Assembly: GCA_905250045.1 (NCBI GenBank)
Contig: CAJNOG010000006.1
Coordinates: forward strand, 457,666 to 463,155
Reading direction: 5' to 3'
Length of the DNA stretch: 5,490 bases
DNA from: Adineta steineri
Lineage: Eukaryota
This document shows, one piece after another, positions 1 through 5,490 of this stretch. The translations under genes were made by a program, and so were the position numbers. Position 1 is the first letter of the stretch. Each line of letters opens with the position of its first letter. The notes under the pieces were generated by a model. It was not told the DNA's origin. It saw only the letters and a program-made list of their open reading frames with translations, and made no database searches.

Positions 1-35
1 AATTTATATTATAAATATTTAGTTAATTGATACAG

Positions 36-381
36 TTGCAGATTGTATGGCATTTGGTTCATTAGAACATTGTCCAGAATGTGGAGGATTTCTTATTTTT
101 AAGTAAAGAAAAAAAAATAACTTTCTTTTTTTTTCAAAATATATTCTTTGTTTTAGTTATACATGTTATCGTTGTACAGGTGATGTAACAGAATGGACAA
201 AATGTTCTTATACAACAACAACACCAACAAGAAAATTATTTGATATACCAAATGATATTAAAACAGAATATGATGCTTTTAAATCATATAAATATAAAAA
301 ACGTGATCGCATTTTAGCAAAAGTTATTGAAAATCATGTTTCAATTGCAAAAACACCTGAGGTTTCAAGAGTTATTCACGA
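36..381 (+). other. PADR1 / third zinc-binding domain of PARP1, encoded by exons 36-102 and 157-381
   Basis: HCPEC...[13 protein letters not shown] reproduces the spacing of human PARP1 CEEC-(x)n-YYCTGDVTAWTKC. The intron at 103-156 splits the AA|T codon. Confidence 0.88.
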
Positions 382-3096
382 GTAAGTTTTTTCACTTTTA
401 AATATAGATTCTATTTCAAAGAAAAAGAAAATTATTGTATTATTGTATTGTTTAAAATAAGAAATCTTACAAAGGAATGTTGCTAACTGTTCAACTACTT
501 ATTCAATATGCTCTATAATCTGAGTCAATAAAAAACAACATTTACTAAAAATTTTGTTACTTTTGAAAGTCATCTTATAAAAACATCAGTGAGATTCCAT
601 GATTATTAATGTGTAAGACATGGAAGATAATTTCAAGAGTTGAAATTTATCTTAGATTTTCTGTTATTATCGAATAAATAGAAAAATAAAATGATTATTT
701 TGTTTTTAAGACCAATATATGATTCAAATTTACCGTTGTCTGGTTATGTTGTATCATCAGCTGGTCGTTTATCAAGTTCTGTTGCAAATATACAAAAAGA
801 AGTTGAACGTTTAGGTGGAACATTTTCATCAAAAATAGATGATACTGTTGGAATTGTTATTAGTTCTCAAGGTATATTTTATTTCTATTAATATTCGCTC
901 TATTTCTCTTATTTTTATTTAAAGATGAAATTAAAAAAATGAGTAAAAAACTTCAAGATGCTCAAACATCCAATATACATATTGTTTCGGAAGAATTTTT
1001 AAAAGAAATAATTAATGATCGTCCATCAATAATAATGGAAAAATGTAAAATTTCAACATGGGGTATTTTACCACATATTCGACAACAAACAAAAGCAGAT
1101 GAAGAAGCGAAACTTAAATCAGGACGACAATCATTGACAACAGCATCAACTAAATCTGATTGTAAATTTCATTCTAAATCAATTAAAATCCAATCTATTT
1201 CATTTTTTTTATTTAAGCTCGATCAAAAAAATCTGTACCAGATAAAATGAAATTAAAATTAAAAGATGGTGCTGCTGTTGATCCAGAATCAGGTTAACTA
1301 CAAATTTATTTTTCTTTAAAAATAAAACTTTATTATTTTTAAAGGATTAGAAGATATTTGTCATGTTCTTAGAGATACAGAAACTAATGAAATATTTGCT
1401 TGTGTTCTTGGTCTTGTTGATATAACACGAGGAACAAATTCATATTATAAATTACAATTACTCGAATCAGATAATGGTCGACAATGGTTTGTTTTTCGAG
1501 CATGATAAGTATTTTTTTTCTTTTTTTGTGGATTTATTTTAATAATATTATTTCTCTCTGTTTTTTTACGGGTCGAACAGGTACAGTTTATGGTGGAAAT
1601 AAAGTTGATGAATATAGTCGAAAAACAGATGCTATAAAAGCATTTCATGAATTATTTCTTGAAAAAACAGGTAATGAATGGGGTGAACGAAAAAATTTTC
1701 AAAAATTACCAAATAAACATTATCCACTTGAAATTGATTATGGCCAACATGGTGATAATGATAAAATGCAAAAATTACTTGAAAATGCTAATTTAAATAT
1801 CAAATCCAAATTACCAAATCAAGTTCAAGATCTTGTTAAAATGATTTTTAATGTTGAAACTATGAAACAAGCTTTATTATCATTTGAAATTGATTTAACT
1901 AAAATGCCATTAGGAAAATTATCGAAAAATCAATTAGATAAAGCTTATAAAGTTTTATCGGAATTACAAACAATAATTACAAACGGAGTTACAACATCAA
2001 AAACAGCTATTGTTGATGCTAGTAATCGATTTTATACTTGTAAGTATTCAATTTATAGTTGTATCTCATACAGACGAATCAAATATTAATTTTAGTAATT
2101 CCACATGATTTTGGTTTGGCTAAACCACCATTACTTGATAATGTTGACTTAATAAAAACTAAGACTGAAATGATTGATAATTTACTTGAAATTGAAATAG
2201 CTTATTCAATGTTAGATGAATCAAATAATACTATCGAAGATAGTGAACATCCAATAGATGCTCATTATAAAAAATTAAAATGTGGTCTTATACCAGTTGA
2301 ACATAATACAGAAGAATTTAAACTTATTGAACAATATATGATTAAAACTCATGCGAAAACTCATGATCAATATACATTAAAACTATGTGAATTATTTAAA
2401 ACAACACGTGAAGGTGAATATGATCGTTTTAAAAATTTTCAAACACTTGATAATCATCAATTATTATGGCATGGATCAAGAACAACGAATTTTGCTGGTA
2501 TTCTTAGTCAAGGTTTACGTATTGCACCACCTGAAGCACCTGTTGTAAGTTTATTTCATATTATATATATTTTATTTTTAATATTCTTTCATTTACAGAC
2601 TGGTTATATGTTTGGTAAAGGTGTTTATTTTGCTGATATGGTTTCAAAAAGTGGTAAGTTATTAATCTGATTTATTTGAATTATATTTTGAAACGAAAAA
2701 AAAATAATTTAGCAAATTATTGTTTTACAACAAAACAATCACCTCAAGGTTTAATGCTTTTATGTGAAGTTGCACTTGGAAAAATGTTTGAATGCTTAAA
2801 AGCAACGAATATGTCAGCATCAACTTTACCACATGGTACACATTCAACAAAAGGTTGTGGATCAACAATGCCAGATCCGAAAGGTACTATTTATTTAAAA
2901 AAGAAAATGATTTCTTAGATGTTTTTATTCAATAGATTATCATTACACAAATGATGGTATACTTATTCCAATGGGTAATGGTGTTGCATCAAATGCTCGA
3001 AATACTTCATTATTATATAACGAATATATTGTCTATAATACTGATCAAATCAATATGAAATATCTTTTACGTGTTGACTTTCAATATAAATATTGA
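36..3096 (+). CDS. PARP1: Poly(ADP-ribose) polymerase, PARP1-type, 5'-partial, spliced
   Basis: Hand-reconstructed exons: 36-102, 157-381, 711-871, 925-1161, 1218-1292, 1345-1504, 1570-2039, 2096-2544, 2599-2653, 2713-2883, 2936-3096 (stop TGA 3094-3096), with further exons upstream of the window. All joins keep frame. The joined protein matches remembered PARP1 sequence: [34 protein letters not shown] (PADR1/Zn3), [36 protein letters not shown] (BRCT), [13 protein letters not shown] (WGR), [40 protein letters not shown] (regulatory), [50 protein letters not shown] and [10 protein letters not shown] (catalytic). All introns are GT-AG except 1505-1569. Confidence 0.95.
624..653. repeat. Near-perfect short inverted repeat (hairpin) inside the one long PARP intron
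   Basis: AAGATAATTTCAA (624-636), GAG loop (637-639), TTGAAATTTATCTT (640-653): 13 paired bases with one bulged nucleotide. Confidence 0.7.
711..1070 (+). other. BRCT domain, encoded by exon 711-871 and the first part of exon 925-1161
   Basis: [45 protein letters not shown] + [30 protein letters not shown] has BRCT-like organisation colinear with PARP1 ([23 protein letters not shown]...IRVVSEDFL). Confidence 0.85.
1345..1760 (+). other. WGR domain, split by a non-canonical intron inside the W codon
   Basis: [24 protein letters not shown]|[58 protein letters not shown] aligns without gaps over the core of the PARP1 WGR domain once 1505-1569 is removed. Confidence 0.9.
1505..1569 (+). other. 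AT-AC intron, likely U2-type, 65 nt
   Basis: Exon ...TTTTTCGAGCATG | ataagtattttttttc...ctctgttttttta c | GGGTCGAACAGGTACA. Joining 1504 to 1570 restores TGG (Trp) and [13 protein letters not shown]. Reading through gives an immediate TGA-TAA. No GT-AG pair nearby restores the WGR frame. Confidence 0.85.
1804..3096 (+). other. PARP regulatory (helical) plus catalytic ADP-ribosyltransferase domain
   Basis: Triad residues are H (codon 2470-2472, LLWHGS), Y (2626-2628, GKGVYFAD) and E (3022-3024, LLYNEYIVY). Exons 1570-2039, 2096-2544, 2599-2653, 2713-2883 and 2936-3096 join in frame. Confidence 0.93.
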
Positions 3097-3152
3097 TAAA
3101 CTATACATTTTATCATTCTCTCTCTAGGTGCTTTCGATAGAAAACAAAAATT

Positions 3153-3162
3153 AATAAATAAA
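3153..3162 (+). terminator. Candidate polyadenylation signals for the PARP gene, two overlapping AATAAA
   Basis: AATAAATAAA lies about 57 nt after the TGA stop at 3094-3096. Confidence 0.5.
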
Positions 3163-3624
3163 TTCCCCTATTTTTCTTATTATTTGTGTTGTGATTAAAC
3201 GAAGAGAAATACTGATGAAAGAAAATCTATTATTTTTCTTATGATTTATTTTCCTATTATATTTTCTTTATTATTAAATCATTGTATTATTAATTGATCT
3301 TCAGAATAAATTGTGAAAAGAAATACTTCATGTCTTTTTTTTAATAACAGAAAGATCTAAATATTATTCTTTAGTCAATTTGTATACATTCGATTTTAAG
3401 CTGAACATACTTTGATGTTAAATGGATACGCGCTCTTTTAGAAAATAAATATTTATTATTAAGAACTAAATTTAGAATCTTTCATTTAAGTTATAACCGT
3501 GAGATTTCTGTTAGTCTATAAACTAATTTGCTCTTGATTTAGCTTTGCTTCACCTCAGAAGTACTAGAACTAGAAAGTGACTGATACAGATGACCAATCG
3601 AGAAGAACAGAGAAGAAAAAAAGG

Positions 3625-3655
3625 AGGTAGTGGATGAGAGATAGCGCCACTACTT
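3625..3655. repeat. Short inverted repeat in the intergenic region
   Basis: AGGTAGTGG (3625-3633) faces CCACTACTT (3647-3655): 9 bp including one G-T wobble, 13-nt loop. Confidence 0.55.
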
Positions 3656-3777
3656 AACAATTCCAAGTTTAGTAATGTTTTCTTTCTGATATAAATTCTA
3701 TTTCAATTGAGCCTAACTCCATAAAACTATTTTTACCAGATATTATATTCAACCGAAGCAATATTTGATAAACTCGG

Positions 3778-3802
3778 ATTTCTTCTATCTTACAGAAGAA
3801 AT
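3778..3802. repeat. Perfect 9-bp inverted repeat in the intergenic region
   Basis: ATTTCTTCT (3778-3786), loop ATCTTAC, AGAAGAAAT (3794-3802). Confidence 0.6.
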
Positions 3803-4112
3803 AGATAGTTGTATATTTCTGTATATTTAATAAAATCAGTCTTATATTTAATTTTATTTTTATTGATTATCTTATATACTCATAATTTAGAATGATTCTC
3901 CCGCTAATATCTCAATGAAATAAGTATAGAGTAAATTGCTCTATAAAATATGATTGGAAAATAAAATTAACCAATAAAATTCACTGGACTTCCATAGAGG
4001 CTTGTTTTCGTCTTCTATCCGATCAAACATCACATTTATTTTTTTTTCGTAGTTTTACATTTTAATGAATTTAATATATTTATATATTTCTCTGTGTTTT
4101 TAATAGATCATC

Positions 4113-4886
4113 ATGCCTAAATCTAAACGAGCACAACGTATAACAATCGCAAAATCATCTAAGAAATTAAAAACAAATCGTGGTTTAGAATTAAAACAAG
4201 AATTAGTTAAAAAAATTCGTACACGTCTTGATGATTGTTCACATTTATTTGTTGTTCGTCTTTATAATGAACGTACAGATAAATTACAAACAGTTCGTGC
4301 ACATTTTCCACCATCTGAATCTTCATATTTTTTCTTTGGAAAAAATCGTGTTATGCAACTTGCTTTAGGACGTACACCAGCAACTGAATATTTACCATCA
4401 TTATCAAAAATATCTCCTTATCTTGTTGGAAAAATGGGTATAATGTTAACAAATCGAAAACCACAAGAAATTTTAGAATATTTTAATAAATTAGAAATGG
4501 AAGATTTCGCAAGAGCTGGAAATCAAGTTAAAGAAACTGTTACTATTGATGAAGGATCATTAGATGGTTTTCAACATACAATGGAACCTTTATTAAGATC
4601 ATTAGGTTTAATGACAACATTAAAAAAAGGTATTATTCATTTACTTCAACCATTTACTATTTGTAAAAAAGGTGATACATTAACACCTGAACAAGCGAAA
4701 TTATTAAAATTATTTCAACATCCATTGGCACAATTTAAAATCAAAGTTAAAGCGCATTGGGATAAAAATAGTGAACAAGTTAAAGTTTTTGATTTACATG
4801 AAGAAGAGGATGGCAATAATGATGATGATCAAGAACAAGCAGAAGAGATTGATGAAGAAATGATTGAACAAGATGATGAAAATTAA
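4113..4886 (+). CDS. MRTO4: mRNA turnover protein 4 homolog (uL10-like ribosome assembly factor)
   Basis: Uninterrupted 257-aa ORF starting MPKSKR. It has LELKQELVKKIR, FFFGKNRVMQLALGRTP, LTNRKPQEILEYF, ARAGNQV, MEPLLRSLGL and GDTLTPEQAKLLKLF, plus an acidic C-terminal tail. All are colinear with MRT4/MRTO4 (FFGKNKVMMVALGRSP..LTNR..ARAGNK..MEPQLRQLGL..GDVLTPEQARVLKLF). Confidence 0.95.
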   Translation: MPKSKRAQRITIAKSSKKLKTNRGLELKQELVKKIRTRLDDCSHLFVVRLYNERTDKLQTVRAHFPPSESSYFFFGKNRVMQLALGRTPATEYLPSLSKISPYLVGKMGIMLTNRKPQEILEYFNKLEMEDFARAGNQVKETVTIDEGSLDGFQHTMEPLLRSLGLMTTLKKGIIHLLQPFTICKKGDTLTPEQAKLLKLFQHPLAQFKIKVKAHWDKNSEQVKVFDLHEEEDGNNDDDQEQAEEIDEEMIEQDDEN

Positions 4887-4944
4887 TTGAAATTTCTTCT
4901 TTTCTTTTCTTGTTTTTGTTTGTTATTATTTCGAACGAATATAC

Positions 4945-4950
4945 ATTAAA
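4945..4950 (+). terminator. Candidate variant poly(A) signal ATTAAA for MRT4
   Basis: ATTAAA lies about 58 nt downstream of the stop. It is a weak motif in an AT-rich background. Confidence 0.25.
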
Positions 4951-5289
4951 ATCTTCTGCTATAAACCATTGTAATGATGGTTTTATACTGTTTTCAAATA
5001 TTTAGCTTTTTCATCATAACTTATCAATCAATAGATCATTCAAGGAAATGCATTGAATTCAAATAGAGTTTCTCGAGAAATGTTCAGTTAAAAAAGATCA
5101 AAACTATCCGTCTAAATTCCGGGCAATAAATATAATCAAGGACTATGAGACAATATTCATATTACAAACATTGAATTTATTTTGAATTTTAATTCGCTTG
5201 ATTATAATATATAGAAATAGTTTTAAGCATATTTAATAGAAGTACAATTAAAATTACAAATTGTCATTTTTATATGAACAGTTCATCGA

Positions 5290-5460
5290 TTAATTTTTAT
5301 TTAGGTCAGATTCACTTTTACCATGCTCATTGTCGTTAGAACCCCAAACTTTATCGTGAAACTTGAAAGAAAAAATAATTTAATCAAAATAGAGAATTGA
5401 ATATTTTTATTTACTTACTGATTGAGCCCATTTAGTATCGCTCCAAACTTTATGATGAAC
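5290..5460 (-). CDS. C-terminal two exons of an unidentified protein with repeated HxKVW motifs, partial
   Basis: The reverse strand reads ...ttaatattatag|GTTCATCATAAAGTTTGGAGCGATACTAAATGGGCTCAATCA|gtaagt...tctttcaag|TTTCACGATAAAGTTTGGGGTTCTAACGAC...AATAAAAATTAA. The exons are 5419-5460 and 5290-5361 with a GT-AG intron at 5362-5418 (57 nt). The product is VHHKVWSDTKWAQS-FHDKVWGSNDNEHGKSESDLNKN*. Confidence 0.6.
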
Positions 5461-5490
5461 CTATAATATTAAATAAAAATACTTTTTTTT

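Noticed and set aside
1505-1569. GT-AG interpretation using gtattt at 1509 and cag at 1580
   Set aside because: The exon would contain in-frame TGA and lose GRTG, so it is incompatible with the WGR domain.
1505-1569. U12-type (minor spliceosome) AT-AC intron
   Set aside because: The donor ATAAGT lacks the ATATCCTT consensus and no TCCTTAAC-like branch site is visible. The U2-type class is favoured, but transcript or snRNA evidence is needed.
1445-1648. Minus-strand 67-aa ORF ([29 protein letters not shown]...)
   Set aside because: It overlaps the well-supported PARP WGR exons and intron on the opposite strand, is low complexity and has no recognisable family.
2913-2935. Alternative acceptor tttcttag|ATG at about 2918 for the last PARP exon
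   Set aside because: The acceptor at 2934-2935 gives a homologous in-frame [18 protein letters not shown]. Using 2918 adds sequence without homology and puts an in-frame stop before the conserved end.
3943-3975. TATAAAA (3943-3949) with an ATTGG/CCAAT pair (3953-3957, 3971-3975) as an MRT4 core promoter
   Set aside because: Such motifs are expected by chance in this AT-rich spacer and there is no TSS evidence, so it is not called as a feature.
3097-4112. Possible transposon or MITE in the spacer
   Set aside because: I could not find long terminal inverted repeats, target-site duplications or transposase-like coding sequence. Only short hairpins are present.
5176-5181. TTTATT (AATAAA on the minus strand) as poly(A) signal of the - strand gene
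   Set aside because: It lies about 110 nt past the stop in AT-rich sequence, so it is plausible but too weak to report as a feature.
1-5490. Bacterial or phage defence system, CRISPR array, toxin-antitoxin or tRNA/rRNA genes
   Set aside because: Spliced eukaryotic genes dominate the window. I saw no regularly spaced repeats, prokaryotic operon structure or recognisable RNA gene.

Overview
The window looks like a compact eukaryotic nuclear locus, very AT-rich, with mostly 52-65 nt introns. I infer a small metazoan and possibly a bdelloid rotifer, but this is not proven. It contains three genes. (1) A 5'-truncated PARP1-type poly(ADP-ribose) polymerase lies on the + strand, about 36-3096. I reconstructed it by hand as 12 visible exons covering the PADR1/Zn3, BRCT, WGR, helical regulatory and catalytic ART domains, and the H-Y-E triad is intact. 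(2) A complete, uninterrupted MRT4/MRTO4 ribosome-assembly protein gene lies on the + strand, 4113-4886. (3) The last two visible exons of an unidentified gene lie on the - strand, 5290-5460. They encode a repeated HxKVW motif. The most notable observation is that the intron splitting the invariant Trp codon of the WGR motif (1505-1569) has no usable GT-AG solution. It resolves cleanly as a non-canonical AT-AC intron (ATAAGT...TTTTTTTAC) with a U2-like donor. I see no bacterial defence system, CRISPR array, mobile element or tRNA/rRNA. The ORF-track entries 691-3096 are fragments of the single spliced PARP gene.
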